A stretch of 63,689 nt of DNA, counting the filler, from Octopus bimaculoides (taxonomy: Eukaryota): the NCBI RefSeq assembly GCF_001194135.2. It is 8 parts of 7 records of this genome, joined end to end, with 100 filler letters (N's around TTAATTAATTAA, not from the genome) between each part and the next. Parts side by side here need not be neighbours in the genome. Positions count along the whole stretch, not along the records: positions 46,886 to 55,940 come from NC_068982.1; positions 56,041 to 58,966 come from NC_068986.1; positions 59,067 to 62,513 come from NW_026309268.1; positions 62,614 to 63,689 come from NC_068984.1; 4 more parts are not named here. One strand, written 5' to 3'. Shown in pieces: positions 49,115 through 62,728 of the stretch. Positions within the stretch are counted from its first letter, which is position 1; the number at the start of each line of letters is the position of its first letter. Below the pieces are notes generated by a model. It was not told the origin of the DNA and searched no databases. It was given only the letters and a program-made list of their open reading frames with translations. The position numbers and the translations under genes are program-made.

Positions 49115-51720
49115 NNNNNNNNNNNNNNNNNNNNNNNNNNNNNNNNNNNNNNNNNNNNNNNNNNNNNNNNNNNNNNNNNNNNNNNNNNNNNNNNNNNNNN
49201 NNNNNNNNNNNNNNNNNNNNNNNNNNNNNNNNNNNNNNNNNNNNNNNNNNNNNNNNNNNNNNNNNNNNNNNNNNNNNNNNNNNNNNNNNNNNNNNNNNNN
49301 NNNNNNNNNNNNNNNNNNNNNNNNNNNNNNNNNNNNNNNNNNNNNNNNNNNNNNNNNNNNNNNNNNNNNNNNNNNNNNNNNNNNNNNGCACGCACACACG
49401 CACGTACACACACAAAGTACGCACGCATACGCGCGCGCGCACACACGCACGCGCACACACACACACACACACACAAACGTAAGTATAGACAAAAGCAGTA
49501 TAAATGAGAGCTCTGCTGTGAATAACAATTGAAATAATCTCAGTGCCGCCTGGAGAGATTTTGGTTAAGTCAAATGGTATTTGTTTATGTCTGGCACAAA
49601 TCGGAAGGAAGTGAGTTTATTTATTTTTTTAAAGATGTCCTTCAATTTACAAGACAATTCCATTGTAATTCCCATATGTGTACCTGTCGTCCATTGTCAA
49701 GTAGACGATAATGTGCGCGCGGACGTGGCAACACAAATACACACATCTACATTTATATACATGCACACATATATGCATGTGTATAAATATATGTATGTGT
49801 TGTATGTATGTACATGTGTGCATACATATGTGCGTATGTGTGTGTATGTGTATGTATGTATGCATGCATGTATGTATGTATTTTATTAATATTGAGCAGA
49901 AGCAACAGAGAGACTCAAGGGCCGAGAGTTTCGTGCGTTGGCATTTCTCTAACTTATATGTATTACTGTTAATATCCATAAATTGTAATTCTGCGTAACT
50001 TCACATACACACACACACACACACACACATACACACACACACATACACACACACATACACACATACACACACACACTCACACACACACGTCATTTATGTG
50101 TACACACACACATATATCTTACCACAGCTATAACGGAAGATAAGTAATAAGTAATAAAACTAAAGATGGGCTGTTGTTGTCGTTCCACCTGTGACTCACC
50201 CACATTCTAAACTTTACTATCGCTTGTATCTTTTAATTATTAAATCGCTACAGGGAAACATTTTCACAACTAGCTTTAGAAAATAGACTAACATGCATAC
50301 AAGCATAAATTTCCTCTTGGAACTTCGTTTGTACCTATTGTTGTATTATTCTTATACATCCCCAGGATGTTTCTCATTGGTCAGGCTATAATCATTGCTA
50401 CTTCGACCATAAACATCACATCTTGTCAGTATCCTCTATGGTTATTTTACCCAATGAATCCTTTACAACTTTAAGCACAGCAGGGCGTGATTTTGCTTAT
50501 GAATTTGGTTTGCAAGATTCTTGGTGCAAATTCTTGAAGCATATCATGCAAACAATGGATTACACATAAAGTTAAATGGCTAGTCAATTGAGAAATTAAA
50601 ATAAACAAGTGAAATAGAACTAGTGCGTGTGTTTATTATTGGCATAATGATCCTCCTTGAGAAATACTTATCTATTTCTAACATAGAGGACAGTATATAC
50701 AAAAGCTGTGTAGCCACAATAAAACCATATGATAGTTAGTTATATCTAAAACAACGTTATATGAGGAAATATTCCCATTTCTAAGTGAGTCTGCGTTGGA
50801 TGATGAGATTAAATAACACATTAAAACAACATTCAGGAATTTTTACTATTGCTTTCAAACTTAATTTACTTCAACCCTTTTATCTCAGTTTATTTTTTCA
50901 TCGGAAAGGTTTGTTCAATTGCTTGGAATTTGTAATATGTCGGTAGATTGCATGTATAGTGTTTCTCATCGCATGTGCATTGAAAAACATAGATTAAGGG
51001 TAGTGCACATACAACATAGATGACTATTGATAGCTCTGTACACAATATACCTGAATGTATTGATGCACACACGTACACACACACACGCGCGCGCAATCAT
51101 ACACACGCACATACACATACGCACATCACATAATATAGCTGTATGCAATGATAAGTAAGTGTGATATTTCATATATACATCTGTATATAATAAGTAAAAT
51201 AATATATATATATATTCCTGCATGTATATATATATTGATGTGTGTGTGTGTGTGTGTGTGTGGGCATTTATGACGTTTATGTACCTGTACGTACTGATAG
51301 GTATAGTGTATGTATTGATAGGTGTTTATAATAATCTTTATATATACTTTTATATATATGTAATATTGGGAAAAGAACAAGCAATAACAACTATTTCACG
51401 ATTCGATTGCTTATATAAATACATGTTCAAAAACAAATAAATACACACACACACACACACACACACATACACACACATACACACGCACACACACACATAT
51501 ATATATCTTAGATAATAAAATGAATTTTTATATATATATATATATATATATANNNNNNNNNNNNNNNNNNNNNNNNNNNNNNNNNNNNNNNNNNNNNNNN
51601 NNNNNNNNNNNNNNNNNNNNNNNNNNNNNNNNNNNNNNNNNNNNNNNNNNNNNNNNNNNNNNNNNNNNNNNNNNNNNNNNNNNNNNNNNNNNNNNNNNNN
51701 NNNNNNNNNNNNNNNNNNNN

Positions 51721-51781
<61 letters not shown>

Positions 51782-52447
51782 ATGCATATGTGTGGTGTGT
51801 ATGTCTGTGTGTGGTGTGAGTTGTATAATAAGCCATATTTTACTGTTATGAGATATTTGTAAATATCCATAAATATTGTAATTATGCTTAGCAACACACA
51901 CATACATATGTTTACTTATGTGTACACACACACACACACACACATGCACACATACGTGTATATACACAGTTTCATAGATGAGTGACTGAGGTGTCTTTTT
52001 CTCTTATTAGTAGTCACGCACAATCAAAGGCAGATATATAGATACACCGTTCTATACCTACATACACACATATATATATACTCATTTATTTGAAATTAAA
52101 TTTTTGAAATTAGACATACACGCACAAACGCATACACACACACACGCATATATACATGCATACAGACAGACGTGCGCGCACGCACGCGCACACACGCACA
52201 CACACACACACACGCGCACACACACACGCACACACACACACACACACACGTAATTTTATAGGTTGAACGATGGACACCAACGCATGTGTATATGGGTAGA
52301 CAGATATTTAGATAGGTTGACTGAGAAAACATGTTGAAGCTAGTTGCAAAGATACAGAGATATAGATGAAGTTGGTAGATAAATGCACACACATACGCGC
52401 GCGCGCGCACACACACACACGCACGCACACACACATACACGCGCGCG

Positions 52448-52505
<58 letters not shown>

Positions 52506-53578
52506 NNNNNNNNNNNNNNNNNNNNNNNNNNNNNNNNNNNNNNNNNNNNNNNNNNNNNNNNNNNNNNNNNNNNNNNNNNNNNNNNNNNNNNNNNNNNNNN
52601 NNNNNNNNNNNNNNNNNNNNNNNNNNNNNNNNNNNNNNNNNNNNNNNNNNNNNNNNNNNNNNNNNNNNNNNNNNNNNNNNNNNNNNNNNNNNNNNNNNNN
52701 NNNNNNNNNNNNNNNNNNNNNNNNNNNNNNNNNNNNNNNNNNNNGATAGATTCTCAGTGAGACACACTGGCAGACAGATCGATAGATAGACAAATAGATA
52801 GATATATAGAAAGAGATAGACGTACAAGCGGAGAGATGTAGGTAGATAGATAAAACGATAGAGGTAAATCAAATGGTAGATAAAAAGAAAAGTGGACAGA
52901 TAGATAGACAAATATACATACATACACATACATACATACATACATGCATACACATACATGCATACATACATGCATACATACATACATACATACATACACA
53001 TACATACATACATACATACATACATACATGCATACATACATACATACATACATGCATGCATAAATACATACATACATACATACGTACATAAGATGGATGA
53101 TGTTAAGCGTGGAAAACAAATTGTCGAAAAGAATAAAAAAACATTTTAATAGGAAAAAGAATAGAAAAAAAGGATAATTGATAACGAAAGGAAATAAACC
53201 AATTAATTGCGGAAAGGATAAATAGAGGGGGACATTGTGGTGATGGGGTGTCGACGGAGGGTACGGATGGAGGAAGGAAGATGGGGAATAGAGGCGAGAA
53301 GATGAAAGAGAAATCTGAATTAGAGCGGAAGAAAGGAAGAAGGCGAGAGAGGGAGAGAGTGAGCGAGAGAGAGAGTGAGAGAGAGAGTGGGAGAGCGTGT
53401 ATGTATATAAAACACGGCAGTGTGTCCCATATGTAGCACAGCGTTTAAACGATTTTATATTGCAAGACTCGTCGTGTTTATATATGCATATGTGTGTGAA
53501 TGTATGTATGTATGTATATATGTATGTATGTAAATATATACCTCTCTCTCTTTCTCTCTCTCTCTCTCTTTCTTTCCC

Positions 53579-53649
<71 letters not shown>

Positions 53650-55454
53650 GTGCATACATTTGCACATACACACATGTACACACACACACACATATATACA
53701 TTTATATGTATATATACATTTGTATATATTTATTTATTTATGTGTATGTGTGCGTGTGTGTATGTTTGCACGCGCATGTGTGTGTGTGGAGAGAGCGAAA
53801 TAGAGTATAAGAGAAAGAGAAATGTTTGAGAAAACTATCCCCAACAATGAAAATCGAATGAGAAGTATAATTAGACAGAGCAGCAGTTAGAAGAAGAGTG
53901 AGGGTGAGAGTGAGTCAGAGAAATAGAGAATATCGAGAGAGGTATGGAGAGTGAGAGTGGGAGTTTGTTTGATAGATAGAGGGAAGGGTGGTAGGAAGGA
54001 GAAAGACAGAATGAACGATACGCACACACAGTCAAACTGAATTTTAGACGACTAAAAGAGCAAAATGGAACATGCAAACATACACGCGTACATACATGCA
54101 TTCGTACAAAAATATATGTGTGTGTACAAAGATATATATATATATATATATATANNNNNNNNNNNNNNNNNNNNNNNNNNNNNNNNNNNNNNNNNNNNNN
54201 NNNNNNNNNNNNNNNNNNNNNNNNNNNNNNNNNNNNNNNNNNNNNNNNNNNNNNNNNNNNNNNNNNNNNNNNNNNNNNNNNNNNNNNNNNNNNNNNNNNN
54301 NNNNNNNNNNNNNNNNNNNNNNNNNNNNNNNNNNNNNNNNNNNNNNNNNNNNNNNNNNNNNNNNNNNNNNNNNNNNNNNNNNNNNNNNNNNNNNNNNNNN
54401 NNNNNNNNNNNNNNNNNNNNNNNNNNNNNNNNNNNNNNNNNNNNNNNNNNNNNNNNNNNNNNNNNNNNNNNNNNNNNNNNNNNNNNNNNNNNNNNNNNNN
54501 NNNNNNNNNNNNNNNNNNNNNNNNNNNNNNNNNNNNNNNNNNNNNNNNNNNNNNNNNNNNNNNNNNNNNNNNNNNNNNNNNNNNNNNNNNNNNNNNNNNN
54601 NNNNNNNNNNNNNNNNNNNNNNNNNNNNNNNNNNNNNNNNNNNNNNNNNNNNNNNNNNNNNNNNNNNNNNNNNNNNNNNNNNNNNNNNNNNNNNNNNNNN
54701 NNNNNNNNNNNNNNNNNNNNNNNNNNNNNNNNNNNNNNNNNNNNNNNNNNNNNNNNNNNNNNNNNNNNNNNNNNNNNNNNNNNNNNNNNNNNNNNNNNNN
54801 NNNNNNNNNNNNNNNNNNNNNNNNNNNNNNNNNNNNNNNNNNNNNNNNNNNNNNNNNNNNNNNNNNNNNNNNNNNNNNNNNNNNNNNNNNNNNNNNNNNN
54901 NNNNNNNNNNNNNNNNNNNNNNNNNNNNNNNNNNNNNNNNNNNNNNNNNNNNNNNNNNNNNNNNNNNNNNNNNNNNNNNNNNNNNNNNNNNNNNNNNNNN
55001 NNNNNNNNNNNNNNNNNNNNNNCTCTTATAATTCTGCAATGTTTAAGTACATCCCTCAGAAAAGAATCGAATAAGTTTATAATGCAGTCGCTGCAATAAC
55101 AGAAGATGAGGATATAGGGATTGAACAGCGTGTGACGGAAAGATAGAGAGAAAGTATGTGTGCTTGTGTGTGTGTGGGGGGGGGTTACGCTGTTGAAGGA
55201 AGAATATTTGAGGGTAATAAAAATGCAGTTGGGAGAGTGATTCTGTAGAGAGACAAAGTGTGTGTGGGTGTTCAGAAGATTACGCCCAAGACACGAATTA
55301 ATGGATACAAAGCTATATACATCTGTAGACACATAAAAGCACAAATACTGTGTACATATTTGTAAATAGACGACCACACTGACACATATGCATAGAAATA
55401 TATGGACGTAGAGACAGCTGTCATAAGATTACTCGAAAAGCACAGAAACGTGCA

Positions 55455-55630
55455 TGCATATATATATATATATATATAAACATATATATAAACATATATA
55501 TATATAAACATATATATATATATAACATATATATATATATATATAAACATATATATATATAAACATATATATATAAACATATATATATAACATATATATA
55601 TATATATAAACATATATATATATATATATT
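55455..55630. repeat. (AT)n punctuated by AAAC
   Basis: Direct sequence. Confidence 0.9.
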
Positions 55631-55631
55631 T

Positions 55632-55895
55632 CAGTTCTATATTTAAGAGATGAGGAATTATTTACATTATTTACATTATCTACATTTGACGGATATTCGT
55701 CCTCATCTTGTTTGTTGTTAACACAACGTTTCGTCAGGTGTCTTGGGGAAATTTCGAACCTGGGTTCTCATTCATATCGATGTTACTATTATTATTATTA
55801 TTATATTATTATTATTATTATTAATCAGGTCTCTGATTAATCGAACTCGGAACCTTGGGGTTAGTAGCCCGCGCTCTTAACCACTACGCCATATG
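55632..55895 (-). mobile_element. Family D tRNA-headed hammerhead SINE, copy 2 (ribozyme core deleted)
   Basis: Colinear with 31373-31680; head catatggcgtagtggttaagagcgcgggctactaaccccaaggttccgagttcgatt; remnant GACAC-CTGA-C-GAAACGTT-GTGTT; tail abuts (TA)n. Confidence 0.82.
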
Positions 55896-55940
55896 CCCGT
55901 GGGCAATTATGGGGTGAATTTTAAGGCTTATAAATCTATT

Positions 55941-56040
55941 NNNNNNNNNNNNNNNNNNNNNNNNNNNNNNNNNNNNNNNNNNNNTTAATTAATTAANNNN
56001 NNNNNNNNNNNNNNNNNNNNNNNNNNNNNNNNNNNNNNNN
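55941..56040. other. Artificial scaffold spacer
   Basis: 44N-TTAATTAATTAA(55985-55996)-44N. Confidence 0.9.
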
Positions 56041-56173
56041 TATATATATATACGCGCACACCTACATACACACTGAAGTATGTGCATATGCATTTATATA
56101 TGTGTATGTGTAAATGTAAATATTCATAAGTACGTGTGTGTGCGTACATGTGCGTGTGTACGCGTTTGTGTAA

Positions 56174-56216
<43 letters not shown>

Positions 56217-56721
56217 GAGAGAAAGAGAGAGAGTGAGAGAGTGAGTGAGAGAAAGTGAGCGAGAGAGAATGGGAGAGAGTGTGAAGGAGAAAGAGAGAGA
56301 GAGTGAGGGAATATGGGAAGAACAAAAAGAGTCATTCTAATCAAGCGAGATAAACTTTGGATTAATAGAAAACATGTGTAGAAAGAAGAATAATAAACAT
56401 TCTCCCATCGAAGGAACATAGTNNNNNNNNNNTCTTTTACATATGTTCAGTCATTTTGTCGTTTTTATAGCTTTGTATCAGGTTCTTTCTAATCCTCGTC
56501 CTTGATTGCAATTTTCAACGAGATATTTGTTAAGAATATTGCTTTTAATTTCTTTTTTTAAAACTTTTCCGTTAAGTTACGTTATATGGTGAAATTTGAA
56601 CCATTTCTTCAGATGTAGCAGATGTGAAAATGTTGTTCGACACTTTCTTTCAACGTCGTTACGTTACTTCACTTATATAACAGAAGGTGTGTACAATCTA
56701 AAAAACATACGTCCGGAACTT

Positions 56722-56776
<55 letters not shown>

Positions 56777-56803
56777 GTAATAATAATAATAGTAATAATA
56801 ATA

Positions 56804-56887
<84 letters not shown>

Positions 56888-56925
56888 TAATAATAATAAT
56901 AATACGGATAATAATAATAATTATT
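56722..56925. repeat. (AAT)n microsatellite
   Basis: Direct sequence. Confidence 0.95.
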
Positions 56926-56970
56926 ATTGTTGTCACCGTCGTTGTTGTTGTCGTCGTTATCATTATTATT

Positions 56971-57183
56971 AAGGCGGCGAGCTGGCAGAATCGTTACAGC
57001 GCTGGGCATAATGCTTAGCGACATTTCGCCCGACGCGAGGTTTTGAGTTCAAATTCTGCCGAGGTTGATGTTGCCTTTAATCGTTTCAAGATTCATAAAA
57101 TAAGCATCAGTTGAACACTGGGCTCGATGTAAACGACTCATCCCCTTCCTCAAAATAGGTGCCCTTGTGGGAAAATTTGAAAC
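56971..57183 (+). mobile_element. SINE family A
   Basis: aaggcggcgagctggcagaatcgtta..gagttcaaattctgccgaggttg..gaaaatttgaaac. Confidence 0.8.
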
Positions 57184-58077
57184 TGATCTCGCTGTACATA
57201 GTGGAATGAAGGATTTTTGTGTTCTTGATTGGCAAATATAAGCACTAATCAGAGCACATTTTGCTCACTGAAACTATGAGCAAAACCAGTGGCTTGTTTA
57301 AGTTCAAAAGATCCGAGTTACGTCTATCTGACGAGACACATGACGAAACACCGATGTCCCAGGGTTCCTTCTGCCACTGAGTCGAGCGTCTTACGAACAC
57401 AAAGTCGCCGTAAAACGAAGTTGTTCTCTTCTGACGTCCACAACAGCGCCTAGCATCTTTTGCATTCGAATTTGCCGGAATGTATTAAAAACAGATATGC
57501 AAACCACAATTTCCAGCAGAATGTCCTCCATTGTTTGTGAGTGCATATTAGCGTTAACCTGATAGCCGCAAGCACAACTCGAACAATCTGTGTGAATTTA
57601 TTACCTCACATCTGTATGTGTTTATTCGTACATCTACTATAAATCTGTGAGTGTATGTTTGTATCCTTGTCTAAACTTTGTTTGCCCAACATCCTGACTT
57701 CGACTTTCTCTATGCATGTGAACTGAAGCGTCTTTTAAGTAACACTGTTAATAAGCGTCTCGTCTTGATCGCTGACCTCGCCAATAAATGAATCACACTT
57801 CTTGCCTGTTACTGAACACATCTTCCTACATTCCTCTCCTGTCCCTTTATTGCTCTAGTCCTCTCTCTCTCTCTCTCTCCCTCCCCCTCTCTCTCTCCCT
57901 CCTCCCCCTCTCGCTCTCCCTCTTGCTACTGTTGGCGGGGTTGTTGATTACGAAGGTGATGATCAGAATAGAAAGGAAAGTTATAGCAGCAGAGATGATT
58001 ATCGCATTGCTGGTCAGTTCTTATTCTATTTCGATCATTCCATTGTAAAACACATGGAATATTAAAAAGAAATCTGT

Positions 58078-58138
58078 ATCCTTCAAGGCGGTGACCCAGC
58101 ATGGCCACAGTCAAAAGCCTGAACACAAGTAAAAGAAC
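58078..58138 (+). mobile_element. Family B SINE 3' tip
   Basis: cttcaaggcggtgacccagcatggccacagtcaaaagcctgaacacaagtaaaagaac. Confidence 0.6.
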
Positions 58139-58793
58139 ACACTGACACACGAACTAATATGTATATCGACACACCTTTATGCACAGTGTGCAAGAGAATG
58201 CAAAACAAGTGCAATAACATAGTGTTCAGATGAATGAGAACTTAAACTCCAGCCTTTTGATCCAGGGGCGAGCGTCTTGATATTGAAAGTTAGCTATAAG
58301 AACGATCTTTGTCGAGCTGTTATAGAGGTAGATAGGCAGATAAACGCAAGCAGGCTTAAATAGTGTATTTACGTGGAATATAAAATACACATTACAGATT
58401 AAAAAAACAAGGAATTATGTAATTGACTTTACACACACAAACACATACGCACACACCATTCTCTCTCTCTCTCCCTTTATTTCATATTTAATTTCGCTTC
58501 TGTTCTCTCTCCTTTCAACTGACCATTTTTTTGTTTTGGCTTTATTCACGTTCATCATAATTGCTCTTTCTCTCCTTTTATCCTCTCTCTTCAACTACAT
58601 ATTACAATCCGATCATTTCCAATTCCCACAGATGTACAACAAAGTCACTACTTACGCAACTTCCTGTCCTCTCATTCAGTAAGGATGCACCTAAAATTTC
58701 TCTTTCTTTCTTTCTCTCTCTACCCCACCCCTCTGTCTGTCTGTCTGCCTCTCTCTCCCTCTCTCTCTCTTTCTCTCTCTCCCTCTCTCTCCC

Positions 58794-58829
<36 letters not shown>

Positions 58830-58966
58830 ACTAATTTGCTAGGTGAAGTTATCAACAGATACATACAAGACTAAAATGTATAAACACAAGGCAATCAATT
58901 CCATGCCTCCCGTTTATACATCCTAACTTTTTCAGATCTACTGCGCAGGCGCAGCTCTTATATATA

Positions 58967-59066
58967 NNNNNNNNNNNNNNNNNNNNNNNNNNNNNNNNNN
59001 NNNNNNNNNNTTAATTAATTAANNNNNNNNNNNNNNNNNNNNNNNNNNNNNNNNNNNNNNNNNNNN
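58967..59066. other. Artificial scaffold spacer
   Basis: 44N-TTAATTAATTAA(59011-59022)-44N. Confidence 0.9.
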
Positions 59067-59369
59067 TGTAAGTGTTTATTGAGCGAAAACACCTAAAGCT
59101 CCACGAGGCTCCGGCAGGGGATGGTGGCGAACCATGCTGTACTCTTTCACCACAACTTTCTCTCACTCTTTCTTCCTGTTTCTGTTGTGCCTGTAATTCA
59201 AAGGGTCAGCCTTGTCACACTGTGTCACGCTGAATATCCCCGAGAACTACGTTAAGGGTACACGTGTCTGTGGAGCGCTCAGCCACTTGCACGTTAATTT
59301 CACGAGCAGGCTGTTCCGTTGATCGGATCAACTGGAACCCTCGACGTCTTAAGCGACGGAGTGCCAACA
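59067..59369 (+). mobile_element. SINE body of a further family; head lost at the scaffold edge
   Basis: The 3' part gccacttgcacgttaatttcacgagcaggctgttccgttgat..gtgccaaca recurs inverted at 61845-61930; SINE identity is from recall. Confidence 0.6.
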
Positions 59370-59371
59370 TT

Positions 59372-60129
59372 TTCCAGATGGTCAGTCACTTGACTGTTCG
59401 GGAGTGAGCTAAGATAACAGCAATGCTATGAAGTGTGGAATTCCATTGCTTTGGTTTAGAGATGGAGACCTGCATGGAAAGGTAAGCATGCAACACTACG
59501 TCCGAAGACAATGAAAAGTTGTCATGCCAAGCTGATGACCACAGGTTCCGTGAACGATGCAAGAAGAAGTGGCCGCCCATCCACATCCCGATGAGCGGAG
59601 AACATGGCAACAGTGCAGGAAATGTTTAACCACAGCCCACAAAAATCAACACGTCAAGCAGTTCGTGAAAGTGGACTAACAAGACGCACAATACATATGG
59701 TTTGAATTTTTGTCCGTGGAAACCCCATAGCGTGCAAGAGCTAAAACCTGAAGACTGTGACCGCAGAAGTCCAAAAGTCCAGAATTCCAAGAAGTCCAGA
59801 TCTCACACAATGTGATTTTTACCTGTGGGGGTTACACAAAAGTGGAGGTGTACAAGACAAAACCTCGCTCACTGGAGAACTTAGAGACATGGATTCAGAG
59901 AGTTCTCAATGATTATCCTAGACGACGTCCTTCAGAAGGTTGTTCATTCCATCCCTGACCGTTTGAGGAAACTGGTTGACGCCACCGATGCTTACATTGA
60001 AATATGAAGATTTACTTTCATTTTACCATTTAATAAAGAACATGGATCATAAGTTTCAATAGATTTGTAAAAGGAATATGGATTTTGTTACCACTTTTTA
60101 ATGCCTACTTACTTTTCACCCATCCTGTA
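59372..60129 (+). mobile_element. Internally deleted Tc1/maT-like transposon
   Basis: TGSVNDARRSGRPSTS, SPQKSTRQ, PWKP..QEL, PDLTQCDFYLWG, VYKTKPRSLENL; right end acttttcacccatcctg|ta; the DDE core is missing. Confidence 0.8.
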
Positions 60130-61322
60130 TGTATGTACATATGTATGTGTGTATATATATATATATATATGTCACACATGCAGATACACTCATGCACGTA
60201 CACACAAGCACTCACATTTTGTTACAGAGAAAAAACGCATTCACTTTCTCTTTCACACGCTTACACCACACGCACACACATACACAGATTCCCGCACACA
60301 TACTCATGTACACAAACTCACTTAGACACACATGTACTGAACAACTAGAAAACAAGCGCAAAGTGACACACATACATGTAAACATAGATTTCCCCTCTAC
60401 ACACACACACACACACANNNNNNNNNNNNNNNNNNNNNNNNNNNNNNNNNNNNNNNNNNNNNNNNNNNNNNNNNNNNNNNNNNNNNNNNNNNNNNNNNNN
60501 NNNNNNNNNNNNNNNNNNNNNNNNNNNNNNNNNNNNNNNNNNNNNNNNNNNNNNNNNNNNNNNNNNNNNNNNNNNNNNNNNNNNNNNNNNNNNNNNNNNN
60601 NNNNNNNNNNNNNNNNNNNNNNNNNNNNNNNNNNNNNNNNNNNNNNNNNNNNNNNNNNNNNNNNNNNNNNNNNNNNNNNNNNNNNNNNNNNNNNNNNNNN
60701 NNNNNNNNNNNNNNNNNNNNNNNNNNNNNNNNNNNNNNNNNNNNNNNNNNNNNNNNNNNNNNNNNNNNNNNNNNNNNNNNNNNNNNNNNNNNNNNNNNNN
60801 NNNNNNNNNNNNNNNNNNNNNNNNNNNNNNNNNNNNNNNNNNNNNNNNNNNNNNNNNNNATATATATATATATATATATATATATGGATATATACATATA
60901 TGTATATATACATATATATACACACACATATGTATGTAATATATGTATATACATATATACATATACGTACGTGTATATGTATGTGTATATACATAAGTAT
61001 ATATAATATAAATATATATATATATATGCATGTTTATATATTTATATGTATGTATGTATGTATGTATATATGTAAACATAAACGCCAAACTTGGTTCAAT
61101 CCTGCCATCTGTTTCAAGTAAAAATTTGTCTGCTAAGTGGAAGAGGAATCAAAAAAATAGAAATTCGACATCTTTATGTGTGTTAATGCGATTTTTAACA
61201 AGAACACAAAGTAACAGATTGGCTGGCGGTGTGCGTGTGGGGTATAGTTAACCTCAATACATAACTGGTATTTGCATACGTGAAGCCCAGTCGTATTTCT
61301 ATTCAAAATATAACCGATGTTA

Positions 61323-61506
61323 AAGTGGCAGCTGGTAGAATCGTTAGCATGCCGGACAAAATGCTTAGCGGCATTTCGTTCGAGGTCGACTTTGCCTTTT
61401 AGATGAAAGGTGTCGGTAAAAGTAGTACCAGTTATATATTGGGGTTCAAAGTAATCGACTTATGCTCTCCACCGAAATTGCTGGCCTTGTGCCAAAGTTT
61501 GAAACC
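61323..61506 (+). mobile_element. Degenerate SINE family A with deletion
   Basis: gctggtagaatcgttagcatgccggacaaaatgcttagcggcatttcg..gaggtcgactttgcc. Confidence 0.75.
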
Positions 61507-61612
61507 ATTGTAGAGAATGTTCGTCTTCAAGAATTACTTTCAACCACTGACTTCGACTTTATAGTGACTGGCCCATACCACTTTGTCGGTGTACCAGTTC
61601 GCTATAACAGTT

Positions 61613-61750
61613 ACCAATTTACCGCACAGTGGACTGGAGCAACGTGAAATGAAGAGTTTTGCTCAAGAGCACAACACGCCACTTGTACAGGACTCGAAAC
61701 CACAACCTTGAGATCGTGAGTGCAACACTCTAACAGCATGGCCACGCACC

Positions 61751-61755
<5 letters not shown>
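61613..61755 (-). mobile_element. tRNA-headed SINE family C
   Basis: Reverse complement gtgaaggtgcgtggc..gtttcgagtcc..gtgttgtgctcttgagcaaaactcttcatttcacgttgctccagtcc. Confidence 0.7.

Positions 61756-61841
<86 letters not shown>
61753..61841. repeat. (CA)n microsatellite, about 44 units
   Basis: Direct sequence. Confidence 0.97.
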
Positions 61842-61844
<3 letters not shown>

Positions 61845-61845
<1 letters not shown>

Positions 61846-61930
61846 TGGCACTAAGTCGGCTACGATGGCGAAGGTTTCAGCTGTTCCAATCAACAGAACA
61901 GTCTGCCCGTGAAATTAACGTACAAGTGGC
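61845..61930 (-). mobile_element. 3' fragment of the 59067-59369 SINE family
   Basis: aatcaacagaacagtctgcccgtgaaattaacgtacaagtggc. Confidence 0.6.
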
Positions 61931-62222
61931 GCCAGTAGACCGCCGGGTTGTGGAAATTAACGTAATATTAGCGCCAAGCAGTGTTTAGGCATCCATCCAT
62001 CCATCCATCCATCTATCTATCTGTCAGTCTGTCTGCCTGTCTATCTGACTGTCTGTTTCCTCTACACACGGACACACACACACACACACACACATGTATA
62101 TAGATAGATAAAGATAGATAAGTTCGTTCTATGGAATTACCCTGGGTGTCCTGTCCATAAAGCGTTTCGTTTTCTAGCGTACCATCAGACCCTGAACCTG
62201 TTGGCCTATATATATATATATA

Positions 62223-62354
62223 TACGACGGGCTTCTTTCTGCTTCCGTCTACCAAATCCACTCACAAGGATTTGGTCAGCCCGAAGCTATAGTAGAAGAC
62301 TGAACCCGGAACCATGTGGTTGCGAATCAAGGTGCTTACCACACAGCCACGCCT
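62223..62354 (-). mobile_element. CORE-like SINE (family B) with internal deletion
   Basis: acgacgggcttctttc..tagtagaagac|tgaacccggaaccatgtgg. Confidence 0.8.
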
Positions 62355-62513
62355 TTATCTAAAAAAAAAAATCTCGTGGCAGTCTTCAGATCTCGAAATT
62401 TTAATGTAAAAAAATGGGGAAAATATATCAGTGGGCGAGCACACACACACATCAAATTTTTCTTTTTTTTTCTTTTCTTCTTTTTTTTTTTAAATTTGAA
62501 GTTTTTTTTTATT

Positions 62514-62613
62514 NNNNNNNNNNNNNNNNNNNNNNNNNNNNNNNNNNNNNNNNNNNNTTAATTAATTAANNNNNNNNNNNNNNNNNNNNNNNNNNNNNNN
62601 NNNNNNNNNNNNN
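62514..62613. other. Artificial scaffold spacer
   Basis: 44N-TTAATTAATTAA(62558-62569)-44N. Confidence 0.9.
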
Positions 62614-62653
62614 GTGTGGTAAGTAGTTTGCTTACCAACCACATGGTTCCGGG
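62614..62653 (+). mobile_element. Family B SINE head fragment
   Basis: gtgtggtaagtagtttgcttaccaaccacatggttccggg. Confidence 0.75.
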
Positions 62654-62728
62654 CATCGCCATCAAAATACAGGACCAGATACTGCAACAGCTTGGGCTTC
62701 AAGGGCCCACTGCTCTTTAATACCCTTG
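62654..62728 (+). mobile_element. CR1/L2-like LINE C-terminal sliver
   Basis: Translates PSKYRTRYCNSLGFKGPLLFNTL, resembling the CR1-group ..GP.LFN.LP tail; short. Confidence 0.45.

Noticed and set aside
57321-57363. CTGACGA..GAAAC..GTC hammerhead-like string
   Set aside because: Stem II has a central A-A mismatch and the two core-proximal stem I pairs fail; too weak.
58942-58953. TGCGCAGGCGCA NRF1-like motif
   Set aside because: Single motif at a scaffold end with no supporting context.
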